Shown here: one piece after another, positions 26,190 to 38,817 of the stretch
How positions within the stretch are numbered: position 1 is the first letter of the stretch
How the letters are laid out: each line of letters starts with the position of its first letter
Assembly: GCA_023213395.1 (NCBI GenBank)
Contig: CM041465.1
Coordinates: 92,635,741 to 92,699,740, forward strand
DNA from: Cycas panzhihuaensis
Lineage: Eukaryota > Plantae > Cycadophyta
Reading direction: 5' to 3'
DNA: 64,000 nt
Translations under genes and position numbers: made by a program
The notes under the pieces: model-generated
What the model was told of the DNA's origin: nothing
The model's database searches: none
Seen by the model: only the letters and a program-made list of their open reading frames with translations

Positions 26190-27080
26190 TAAAAAGGAAT
26201 GAACACTGCGAATCTCATATTCCGTGCTTTCAGCCGACAGAGCGAATCCGATCTCCTCCATGTCTGCCGCACCTTGCAACTACGTTCTCTGCTTCCGTCA
26301 AACGACGGATATTCTAGCTCTACATGTCGTGCTACTTTACACGGCGGAAGACGATTCCACCTCCCGACCAAATCCCACGAAATTACAGAACGCCGTTCAT
26401 TTCTGACTTTACGCACGTGCGACAGCGCTGTTCCGTCTTCCGCCGTCGAACAGATTCGTTTCTCCGTTAACCGGAAACTGGCTCTGGTTTTCCGTCCGGC
26501 GCCTCTTCCAATAGACGGGAACAGGTAGCAATTACAAACTCGGCGACGCGAAGTCCGCGCTATTTTCAAAAGCGGGTGAGCGCCGCGAGGCGAACGTCGC
26601 GGGTTCAAGTCTCCTCGAGTTCGAGACGTTATTCCCTCATATTCTGTCCCCGTAGCCGGTGGGCCCCACTAGCCGCGCTGTCAAGGCAAGTCCCAGTTGC
26701 CACGCAAGCGTGTCGCAGATTCCATTGGTGGGCCCCAGCGTCCACCCACCTACCCTCCTGGCGCGCCCCTTGGGGGGGGGCGAACTGTACTTATTCAGGG
26801 TCATGCCAGTCCCAGAAGGCGGTAAAAGCCCGCCAACGGTCGCAGGTTCAAATCCTATAAACCAGTGAATGAATACATCGTGATGTATATGCAAAAGATT
26901 AAGTGCGCGCAGGATTCGTCCCCAGAGCACGGAGGGGGGGGGTAGATTATTGCAATTCTCGTTCGGACTCCTCAAAATGGTTTTAATATACGGCCAATCT
27001 AAGGCGTCCGGTGCTCCCCGGAATCTCGGAGAGCACTGCAGCGGTTAGATCGGCTGCATTTTGAGGGTCCAAGGTTGCAA
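26190..27080 (-). promoter_or_regulatory. GC- and CpG-rich promoter/5' region of the ARM gene, with TCP site II-like motifs and a G-box
   Basis: Dense CpG relative to the depleted flanks; GTGGGCCCCA twice (~26659-26668 and ~26728-26737); CACGTG at 26414-26419. Confidence 0.7.
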
Positions 27081-28362
27081 TGCAAATGACCGTGGCTTTA
27101 AGAGTCAATCAACGGGAAATCAGCAGATTTCACAGATCTGCAACTTAAGATGATAAAATCCACCCCTTTTACCATAAGATATGATGGGAAGCAAAGAGAT
27201 TTTAACCGCATGCCGGGCCATGAATGCCACCATGAATTCTTAACCAGTGCATCCACCACGCGGCGCTGAACACCGGCATTTGCATACACAATACGCAGAC
27301 AATAAAATCTTCTTTGTGAATACATTCAATACTCGTTTTGTGAACGTTGTAAACCCTCACCTACGCCTGTCAATCATTTGCAGTCACGGATGCTACACAG
27401 TTTTTCAATTAACATCGGTCGGAGAACTGAAATTTGATTTGATAAAAGGCATCGCTGGTCATTTTTCTTGCCAAATAACGGCAATAATAAAAATTTGAAC
27501 ATCTTCCGTGTAGGGCGATTAGACTTTAAGCATTTGCACTCTTTAAATTTATTATCAGAAAATTTTTTTAGTAGACATATTAGTTATGTATGTATTATGT
27601 ATTGAAATTAAAAAATATACCTATATGTTATTATTTATAATAAGATGTGACGTGAATTTGCTGAAGGCTAGTGTGTAGTCCATGAACCTATAAGAGCACC
27701 GCTATGATGCCAAGTGGTTCATTAAAATTTGCTTTTGCAACATTGTACAAATCCCAAATTGTTGTATGTGGTGTAATAGTCAATGCAACTTAAATTTATA
27801 ATTACTATTTGGGCATTGCCACCTTGCCCAAGACCATTATAACTTGCAAGTTTTGTAGTGGTTCATTTTAGGATGGAATTAGTAGTTTTTCAAAAACATG
27901 AGACATTATTATTGTTTTAAGAATGTAAATCTTGTTTAACAAAATACATATATGTATATATTTTGAGTTTTCAATTATGTTTTTAATTATAATTTAAAAG
28001 ATACTTCTCCTAACCTATAATTAGCTTTTGCATATTTATAACATCAATAAATATTCAAATGACTAACCTTGGAACTTTGTAATAGTTTTATATATGGTCA
28101 AAACTTTGAGTGTATTTATCATACATTCTCTCAATCACCTCCCTCACTTTTTCTTGACACAAAATCTTAATGCTTAACATTTAATCTCCTCCACTTTAGC
28201 TCAAGCTAGAACAAAAAACACAATGCTTCTTGAAAATCTTTTAAAGGCAATAGTAGATGCAAATGAATGGCAATTTCAAATGATTATGAATGTTCATTAC
28301 AAAAAAAAATATAAGAGAGTAGCATTGCAATCATCAATGAATTTCACTATTTGAATTTAAGG

Positions 28363-28533
28363 TTTTTTTTTTTTTTTTAAGGTGTTGGACCTTGAGAAGG
28401 GAATCGATTTTCAATTTGTCAGGGTTTGTCACCCTTTCATTCTATTTACCCCTATAAACCCCTTGGGGGTTAAACCTAGAACATTCTTTATATCAAAATG
28501 TAGTACTTATTGACGTGCCCCAGCACCTAACCC
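28363..28533 (-). mobile_element. Probable tRNA-derived SINE (~171 bp)
   Basis: 16-nt poly(A) tail (T run at 28363-28378); 12-bp direct repeats TTGAATTTAAGG (28351-28362) and TTGAAATTAGGG (28534-28545), 10/12 match; B-box-like GGTTTAACCCC ~57 nt from the 5' end. Confidence 0.6.
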
Positions 28534-29436
28534 TTGAAATTAGGGTTCACATACATAACTTGGGGTGATCCATATTTGGCATATGAATAAGCATGGGTTT
28601 AGATCCTAAGCTATAGAGGAGAATTTCTAATAACCCAATATTTTAAATATTTAGATTGTATGTTTTCCAAATCAAGTAGTGACTTTTAAAAGATTACTTA
28701 AACATTCTTAAATAGCCATGGATTAAAAACATATGAGCATTCCTCCACACAAGATAAAAACTAATATTGAAATACAACAAGCATCAATGAAATCTCTTAA
28801 CTTCAATTCATTAATGAGGAATATGTAGATCCCACTAAATAAAATATAAGAGATTTATTACCACTTGCCAATGGAGAAGCTTTTGTTAGGTACAAGGAAA
28901 AAAAAATAAAGGCATTGAGTCATAAGTAATCATGGATCACAAATCAGTAATAATTTTTGGCATGGCATATAATGTTGATGAAAGGAGAGAGAGAGCATAT
29001 GTACATAACTAGACAAAATAACTTTGCAAAATTTTCAATTGACAAACATTTTGAACACATTCTCATTTATACATTATTTGGTTAATGTTTGGTACAATGA
29101 ACATTCACTGAACTATAAACTAATCTCTTTAAAATGTACATTACACTAACAGACATTAACCTTAAAGGTTCACTTATGTGAACACTAATAACTTAATATT
29201 CTAACACTTGCTTATAAGGAAGAAAATTCTGATATGGCTATCTCACAATGCTTGCTTTGCTTCTCTTTGCAAAAATCTTAAGAAAAAACTTCATTATGAC
29301 ATAGCTATTTTGAGCGTACTGCATGTTAAAGATTGAGCAAGTGAATCCATTTGACCTTTGGACTATTCAACACTTTATATTTTCTTAAATTTATAATTTA
29401 ATGATATCTATTTTTTACCTTAAAAAAAATTTAACA

Positions 29437-31490
29437 TCCCTTATAATACAAATTTGGGGTAACACCTCAACCTACTCTAAATTTACAATGTTTAATCTTT
29501 GACCAGGCATTTTATGAAGATGTCAACAACTTGGTGTTCAGGTTTGTAATGAAGTAACTTGATGTTATCCTATTGAACTAATTATCTAACGTAATGATAT
29601 TTGATCTTAATATACTTGGTTCTGCTATGGAGGACTAATTTCGTTGTCATCTGGAGTGTACTATGATTGTCATGTTAAATCAGTGTTGATTCTTCTTATC
29701 ATTGATGTGAGTCTTTAAATAGATGCCTTAGCTATACAGCTTCTCTTGCTGCCACTTTGCAGTAGATGAATTTTTGTGTACCATGCTATAACTACAATAC
29801 CAATGTTGAACATATATACTAAAGTAGACCTCTTGTCCTCTGTGTCTTCAGCCTAATCTACATTAGTATACCCCTCTAATATAAAATTTTCTATTATTGT
29901 ATAATAGAGTCCATACTTTATTGTTGCTCTAATATATTGCAAGATCCTTTCAGTTGCTTTCCAGTGTTCTATTTTTGGATTAGATATATATATGAAAACT
30001 AAACTAATTGTAAATGCTACGCCTGGTTGTGTTATTGCTAAGTAAATAAGACTATTTACTAGTTGATGATATAGTGTTGCATTAATTGAGACAAAGTCTT
30101 CAAATTTACTCAACTTAATCCTTGATTCTATAGGAGTTACAATGAATTTATAACTACCCATATTAAACCTTTTAAGAATTTCCATAGCATATTTCAATTA
30201 GGTCATGCAAATGTCACTGTCATTTTGCTAAATTTCAATACTAAGAAATTAGCACACATGTCCAAGATCTGTCGTCTCAAACTCTAAACACATATTCATT
30301 TCGAATTTTGTGATTATTTATGTACAATTACCAATATAGATCAAATCATCTACATACAACACAACTATTAAGATGGATGTCTTTCTTATTTTAATATACA
30401 AATTAGGATATGAAGGACTTCTTTAAAACCCTTTCTCTTAGAGCTATTTATCAATCTCGGAATATCAAGCTCTAAAAGCTTGCTTGGGACCATACAATGC
30501 TTTCTCTAATATGCATACAAGATGTTCTTATCCTTCAACCTCAAACCCTTGTGGTTGTGCCACCATATAAATTTTCTCATCAATAAAACCATTAAGGAAT
30601 GCCAACTTCACATTCATTTGATAAACTATCTACTTTTACTGTGCAACAACTGCTAAGATACTTCTAACGATATCCATCCTAGCTACTGGTAAAAATATCT
30701 TCTCATAATCAATGCCTTCCTATTGAGCATAGTCTTTTACAATGAGCCTTTCCTTATATTTTTCAAGCATACCATCAACCTTATACCTAGTTTGGAATAC
30801 CCACTTGGTACCTATAACTTCTTTATTAGTAGGTGATTCAACTAATCTCCAAATTTTATTTCTAATAAGGGCATCATATTTAACCTTTATGGATTGAACC
30901 CACTCTTCATTTTGCCTTATTTAAATATTTGGGGCCCATCTTTATAAAAAACTAGAGTCATCAATGTATAACTAACCTGAGACTATGACCTTACCAATCT
31001 CTTACTTAAATCACTAATAATATTAGTTGGATCATAACTTCTAGCAAACAATTTCATAACAATTTATTGAACATGTGAGCTCTCATTAGTGCTGGGTTCT
31101 AGTGGGGAACTCTAATAGGTGCTATCTTTAGTTGATTGTGGTTGAATATTCTAGCTGTTGTCAACTCTTATACTTTGGCTGGTATTATGTTTAGTAGTTG
31201 ATTAAAAATTTTAACTTCGACTAACAATTCCTTCCTTTTATCACTTATAGGATCTTTCTTATAAACATGATCTTCATTGAAGATAGCATCCTTGTTGATA
31301 AAAAGCTTTTTAAATTATGGATCAAATGATTTATATGCTTTTTGCTCACTTGAATAACCAATAAAGATACATTGGACACAGTTTATATCTAATTTCTACC
31401 TATTTTCATCAAGAATATGACTATAAGCTAAGTGATACTTTTTTAAAGTTACTTACAATAGGTTTGAAAGATTTCCAATTTTGTAGTAGA
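29437..31490 (-). mobile_element. Ty1/Copia pol remnant ('element D'): RNase H, RT and end of integrase; a GAG-pre-integrase-like piece resumes at ~42240
   Basis: ORF 29853-30197 (YAMEILKRFNM...YHQLVNSLIYLAITQP...HWKATERIL...GYTNVD); VLYVDDLIY near 30340; VIGTKWVFQT near 30800. Confidence 0.9.
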
Positions 31491-32402
31491 AATCCTTTGA
31501 AATCATTTGTGGTGATCCTTACCACATGAGATTATGTTAAAATAATAGATTAGTAGGGGTTAAGGTTATATCAATTAACTTCATATGACCATGTTAGAAG
31601 GCTTTGTGGACTTTAAAATAAATTTAATGTAAATTTATAACATTAAGAGTTTAGAACAAATAAATTTCACCTCAAAAAATTATCGTTTTTATGTGGCAAC
31701 CTATGTGTGGGTATACATATGTTGACTGGTAATATCTCATCGAAAAATTAATGTAATTTCATCTATGGATTCATTATAGAGGGGTGCATCTCTCCACAAC
31801 TTTAATCAAGAGAAAACATAAGCAAAATTGATGTTTTTGGTCAACTAAACATCAAGCAAGTTGTGTGACTACCTGTGAGGGTTTGAGCATTTATTTCTCA
31901 ATTATTTTTCTACTAAATCTTCTCAAACTTGATATGCAGGGCCACTCATCCATCATGAAGGCATATATTAAATTTAAATCTGGGAGAACTAGTACAAAAA
32001 TGTAAATAAATGATGTGTTACCTCCAAACTTAATAAGGGATTGCGTGAATTCCAAGACATTTTTAACACTAAAATACTCATGTGAACTATTTATAACCTT
32101 TGCACACCCAAAATCATAAATCCAACTCAACATGCAAGTGCCCAAGCATGTATGCAATCACCTAAATATAGAGCGTACTTCATAAGAATGGGAGGATTTT
32201 TTTTTTGTAATGAACCAACTCTGTAAATCCCTGCAACTTAGTAGATTCATAAAACGCCCACTGCCTAATAGTATAAAATTAACAAGAAAATTTAGACAAT
32301 GAAACCAAAGTGAGGACAATAGTCTTGAAAACTCTCCAATGAGATTATACCTTCAAAATCTGCATTAAAACAAGAGGAAATTTATTTTTGTTATGTATGC
32401 TT

Positions 32403-32923
32403 GCTTTGATACCACTTGTAATAGACTTGGCTATGTTACCCTTTCAAATATGCAAAGATAAGAGAAAAAAGACAAGAAATAGAGTGGAGATGGCGATGAA
32501 GTGCATAAAGTAAAAACTGCACCATAATATGTCTCAATAAACCAATATTTAATTAATGGAGATGCCTCTACAATGCATAGGGTGGTGTGCTTATAGTAAC
32601 ACAAGGCCACCCTTAACTCTCAACATTATTTTATTAACCTACCTACCTCTCAACTAACATATTCCCTATTTCCTATATTATTTAATTAACATAATCCTAA
32701 TCCTACTAACCTAACTTAATCTTATGTGAACCTTACTAACTTAACCTAATCTCATATGATGAGTATATACCCTCCCCTCTTAGATGCTCCCACCACATGC
32801 CCCTATTGGATATATATTTACCTCCATTATATAACCAAAGCACTTATAATATGTATCAGTTTTATGTTTCTACTATTACTTAAAGCTTAACAAATTTAGT
32901 AAATGCTTAAGATTTATATTACA
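32403..32923 (-). repeat. PBS plus ~507 bp LTR of a truncated element (second copy ~38232-38764)
   Basis: GCTTTGATACCA (PBS complement) at 32403-32414; LTR 32417-32923 with perfect 7-bp terminal inverted repeat TGTAATA/TATTACA. Confidence 0.75.
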
Positions 32924-32976
32924 AGAAGAAGATCACTACCATGGAATATAGTGCTCATCCAAGTAAAGGTGTATAA

Positions 32977-35900
32977 TGTTGGGGTTAATGTTCCTCACCT
33001 AACTTCCACCATTGGGAACCTGTGAAGTGCATACATCTTCATGGTAAGGTAAGGTAATATTATTTTATTATGCATTGTTATTAGTATAATGCTTTGTCAT
33101 TGTTTTATATTATTTTAAATTTGGAGGTTGAGGAGGGTTCCCTCCTTCCTCTTAAGTTTATATTTTATGGGGTTCAAAACCCTAGTGTTCATCAACACCA
33201 CCTTCACCAAAGGATTTTTTGATGTACTCTTCTACAATGGCTTGAATATAATGATATTTTGATATTATGCTCTTAATATGGATTGAATACTAATTTTGAT
33301 TTATATGTTCATCTGCTTTGCTCTATTCTCCACACTCCAACATTTGGTATTAGAGCATCTTAATCTTAGCCTACTTGGTTTCATTCAGCAGTTTGGATCT
33401 TGATTCACATTCAAAGCTTCTTGAGTTATCTTTATTTAACATCAAAGCAAAGATCTATTGAGTTTTGAAAAGGAGATATATCAAACTACTCATGACAAGT
33501 ATTGTATTGAGTTTTTATTCAATTTTTATAAAACTTATTAATAGTTTTTATATTATTTTCATTAAAAATTTAATTATTTTGATTTATATGCTCAAAATAA
33601 TCTGTGTTTTCTTAGATTTGTATAGAGTTTGCAGGCATAATCAACCTAATAATCATTTAGAGCCATTATATTGGTATTTCAACTAATTTTTTTTATGATT
33701 TTAATTATTTTCTATTAAAATTTTAAAGTTTTGTAAGGAACTTAGATTTCCATAGGTTAGTGCACTCTCCACGGTGATCAAAATCATAGCAAGTGACCAT
33801 TTGTTTTGAAGCGTTTTGAGTTAGCTCTATACTTGATTCAATAATTTTAAATTTCGTCGCTCCTACAAAGAGATCTCCCTCCCGGAAGCTCGACTACTCG
33901 TTTTGGCAATGAAACCCCACTGCCCCTCTTCTCATTTATTCATTTTGGCTTCATTTTTCATCTAGTTTCTCTTGTGACAAGGGTGCAAACTTGTTAAGGG
34001 CTAGATTAAGTTGTCTGTGACTATTTCAGGGCCTTCTCTAGACCATACAACCTCCACACATTTCGTGCACCTTCCACATCCTCCATACATTCTGCTACTT
34101 CATTCTTGGATTATGATAATGAATTCTTAATGAAATTTGAGAGGTGCCTCAGTATCTAGTAGATCTATCCTCCCCTAAATTTTCATAGTGATTCGTCACT
34201 CTAGTAAGCAGATCGAGTTTGTCGAAGTTTGCCCTATGCGTGTGGGTTCTTTTATGCAGGTTATTTTTTTAAAATTTATTTTAATTCATTTACTTTTTAT
34301 AAAGTTATAAAGTTTATTAAAAATTTAATTAAATTTAATAAATTTTTAGATCCATGCGTATGTTTTTGACTTAGCACCCTCTAGCTTTAGCCCCTCGATC
34401 TTATCTTGCTCCATATGACCATATTTTAGGCAGATTCGAAATAATATAAGTTATTTTTTATAAAATTTGATTATTCAAAAATTATTTTTCATATTTTATA
34501 ATTTTTTAAAATCTGAGCCCCCTTAGGCCATCAACAGTTAATTACATTGCCCCCCCAAGTGACCTAGGCTTATTGGTTAAGGGGCTTAACACATCCCTCT
34601 TCCCATTTTATTATCATAAAGAGGATCTTGGATAGTTTTTGTAATATTTTGAGATCCATGAGTTCGTTTTCTGAACAGTTAAATCAGTTGGAAAGATTTT
34701 TTGATACTCTACATATTGGAATAGGTTTTATTATGATTTGCCACTACTTTTTAGGTTTTTGAAGTTGAGGCTTTGATTTAGTCCTAGTTAGATAAAGTTT
34801 CTAATATTTTGACTAAAATTTTACACTCTAACTGAATCTTCTTGTTTAATATCTAGGTACTAATCAATTATTAATAATTTTTTATTATTTTTAGAGGCTC
34901 ACAATTATTTTTTGCAGCCATATAGCTTTATTTTAGCATCTTAAGGTGAATGAGCCTTCTTTAGCATCAAAATCATTAAATTGGTAAATTCTAACACCTT
35001 ACAACTCTACTTTTAAGCTTTTATTTTATCTTTTAGCTTATAAATGTGATTAAAAACTCTCTTAAAGCTTATTTATTACTTATTTTAGGCCAATTATTAT
35101 CTCTTTTAAGGTATTCATTTAAGGTTTATTCCATAAACATATTTCAAGTATATATGCATATTTCTTTGATTTAAAAGAGCTTATATTTACTCTTAATGAT
35201 TTCACCTATATAGTGAAGGTTTATTTGGCTTTATTCCAAGCTTTCAAAGCATTTTCAAGGTGCATTCTATTGCATGTAAGCATTCAAAGCACTTCATTTT
35301 TTTAAAGCTTATTTGAATTTTCATGAAAGTTATCTTGCGAATAGTATTCTTAAATCCAACTTGAAAGATATATTTTCCTTTATTATCAAGTTATTTTTCA
35401 TTGATTTATGAAGGCATTTATTTGAAAGATAGTATATATATTTCTCAAATTATCTTTTGGCTTATTTTAGGCCTTTATCTTTAAGGTTAATATATAAATC
35501 ACTTAAAAGAATCATTAATTGATTTTAGTTTCATTTCAAAAGAAAGCATTTGTGTTGCTCTAATTTAAGAAGATATATATTATGTAGTTACATTCTTTAC
35601 ATTGATCAAAAAAGAAAATTACTGAAAGAATATGTAAAAGAGTGCTTATTGTATAATTCATATTATTCCTTTCATTCATTTATTAAGATAATACAATGAG
35701 TGTATCCACTAAAAGCATTTTACAATGGCAAAGAACTTTGATAGCACAAGGTTTCCTATATTTGATGAGAGTAATTTTCACATTTAGAGATATATATTAA
35801 AAATCCATTTTTAGTAAATAACCTTTGGAAACTTATAGAGCATGGTTACCTAAAAGGTGAATACAAATTTAAAGAAAATTTGAAAAAAGACAATGAAGCC

Positions 35901-36604
35901 TTAGCATTAGTATTTTATACAATAAATGCTAATGTGCTCACTCATGTTTGTGATATAACCACATCCAAATCTATTTGGAATACCCTAGATTCACTTTATG
36001 GGAGAGAAATTTTAGAATTAAATACATTTAACTACATTGATGATATATTTTATATGAGATAGAAGGTAGAGCAGGTGACTTTTGATAAAAATTCTAATAA
36101 TGCATGTAAATTCAAAATTTTAAATAAGAGTAATGAATATAATGTTGCATTTGATAAGGCTACATATACATTTGACCTGATTGACTCTCATCAAGAAGAC
36201 AAAGTTGAAGATGAACACACTCATACTCTTTCAAAGCAAGCCACAACTATATTTGTACCACGCCTTGTTAAAGACTATTTTACAAGAATGACATTATAAG
36301 ATGATGACTACATTAAAGTTGATGACTACATCAAGGATGATGAAGCTAAAGTACATGTTTTCAAAGTATTCCTAAAATATTTGTACCACAAGTTCAAAGA
36401 GAAGTTGAAGATGAATGTGATGAACATTAAGGGGGAGTATGTTAGGGTTGATGTTCCTCACCTAACTCCCACTATTGGGAACATGTGAAGTGCACAAATC
36501 TTCATGGTAAGTTAAGGTATTTTTATTTTATTGTGTATTATTATTATTATAATGCTTTGTAATTATTTTATATTATTTTAAATTTAGAGGTTGAGGAAGG
36601 TTCC
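32977..36604 (+). mobile_element. Non-autonomous gag-only Copia-derived LTR element (TR-GAG-like), copy 1; 3' LTR cut by the duplication junction
   Basis: LTR 32977-33342; PBS TGGTATTAGAGC at 33345; gag remnant FPIFDESNF...KKDNEALAL...KSIWNTL (~35750-36060); PPT AAGGGGGAG; 3' LTR from 36440, truncated at 36604. Confidence 0.85.
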
Positions 36605-38817
36605 GTCAACCTTATACTTGGTTTTGAATACCTACTTAGTACCTATAACTTCTTTGTTAGTAGGTGACTCAACTAATCTCAAATTTTATTTCTAATAAGG
36701 GCATCATATTTAACCTTTATGGATTGAATCCACTCTTCATTTTGCCTTATTTAAATATTTGGGGCCCATCTTTATAAAAAACTAGAGTCATTAATGTATA
36801 ACTAACTTGAGACTATGACCTTACCAATCTCTTGCTTAAATCACTAATAATATCAGTTGGATCATAACTTCTAGCAAACTATTTCATAACAGTTTATTAA
36901 ACATGTGAGCTCTCATTAGTGTTGGGTTCTAGTGGGGAACTCTAACTGGTGCTAGCTTTAGTTGATTGTGGTTGAATATTCTAGCTGTTGTCAACTCTTA
37001 TACTTTGGCTAGTATTAGGTTTAGTAGTTGGTTAAAATTTTTAACTTCAACCAATAATTCCTTCCTTTTATCACTTATAGGATCTTTCTTATAAACATGA
37101 TCTTCATTAAAGATAGCATCCTTGTTGATAAAAAGCTTTTTAAATTATGGATCAAATGATTTATATGCTTTTCGCTCACTTGAATAACCAATAAAGATAC
37201 ATTGAACACATTTTATATCTAATTTCTACCTATTTTCATCAAGAATATGATTATAAGCTAAGTGATACTTTTGTAAAGTTACTTACAATAGGTTTGAAAG
37301 ATGTCCAATTTTGTAGTAGAAATCCTTTGAAATCATTTATGGTGATCCTTACTACATGAGATTATGTTAAAATAATAGATTAGTAGGGGTTAAGGTTATA
37401 TCAATTAACTTCATATGACCATGTTAGAAGGCTTTGTGGACTTCAAAATAAATTTAATGTAAATTTATAACATTAAGAGTTTAAAACAAATAAATTTCAC
37501 CTCAAAAAATTATCGTTTTTGTGTGGCAACCTATGTGTGGGTATACATATGTTGACTGGTAATATCTCATCAGAAAATTAATGGAATTTCATCTATGGGT
37601 TCATTATAGAGGGGTGCATCTCTCCACAACTTTAATCAAGAGAAAACATAAGCGAAATTGATGTTTTTGATCAACTAAACATTAGGCAAGTTGTGTGACT
37701 ACCTGTGAGGGTTTGGGCATTTATTTCTCAATTATTTTTCTACTAAATCTTCTCAAATTTGATATGCAGGGTCACTCATCCATCATGAAGACATATATTA
37801 AATTTAAATCTGGGAGAACTAGTGCAAAAATGTAAATAAATGATGTGTTACCTCTAAACTTAATAAGGGATTGCATGAATTCTAAGACACTTTTAACACT
37901 AAAATACTCATGTGAACTATTTATAACCTTTGTACACCCAAAATCATAAATCCAACTCAACATGCAAGTGCCCAAGCATGCATGTAATCACCTAAATGTA
38001 GAGCGTACTTCATAAGAATGGGAGGATTTTTTTTTGTAATGAACCAACTCTGTAAATCCCTACAACTTAGTAGATTCACAAAACACCCACTGCCTAATAG
38101 TATAAAATTAACAAGAAAATTTAGACAATGAAACCAAAGTGAGGACAATAGTCTTGAAAACTTTCCAATGAGATTGTACCTTTAAAATCTGCATTAAAAC
38201 AAGAGGAATTTTTTTTTTGTTATGTATGCTTACTTTGATACCACTTGTAATAGACTTGGCTATGCTACCCTTTCAAATATGCAAAGATAAGAGCAAAAAG
38301 ACAAGAAATAGAGTGGAGATGGAGATGAAGTGTATAAAGTAAAGACTGCATCATAATATGCCTCAATAAACCAATATTTAATTAATGGAGATGCCTCTAC
38401 AATGCATAGGGTGGTGTGTTTATAGTAACACAAGGCCACCCTTAACCTTAACTCTTAACATTATTTTATTAACCTACCTACCTCTCAATTAACCTATTCC
38501 CTATTTCCTATGTTATTTAATTAATATAATCCTAATCCTACTAACCTAACTTAATCTTATGTGAACCTTACTAACTTAACCTAATCTCATATGATGAGTA
38601 TCGCTATATACCCTCCCCTCTTAGATGCCCCCACCACATGTCCCCATTGGATATATATTTACCTCCATTATATAACCAAAGCACTTATAATATATATCAG
38701 TTTTATGTTTCTACTATTATTTAAAGCTTAACAAATTTAGTAAATGCTTAAGATTTATGTTACAAGAAGAAGATCACTACCATGGAATATAGTGCTCATC
38801 CAAGTAAATGTGCATAA

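Noticed and set aside
26795-26865. Functional tRNA gene
   Set aside because: T-arm-like word present, but no acceptor stem, D arm or A box, and the loop lacks U33.
26189-26975. Several overlapping 60-139 aa ORFs on both strands
   Set aside because: They arise from stop-poor, GC-rich promoter DNA; Arg/Ser/Pro-rich with no recognisable domain.
33465-33686. Hydrophobic 73-aa ORF present in both duplicate units (also 39306-39527) as a membrane or env-like protein
   Set aside because: TTG start and F/I/L/K/Y composition typical of AT-rich leader DNA; presence in both copies follows from the duplication.
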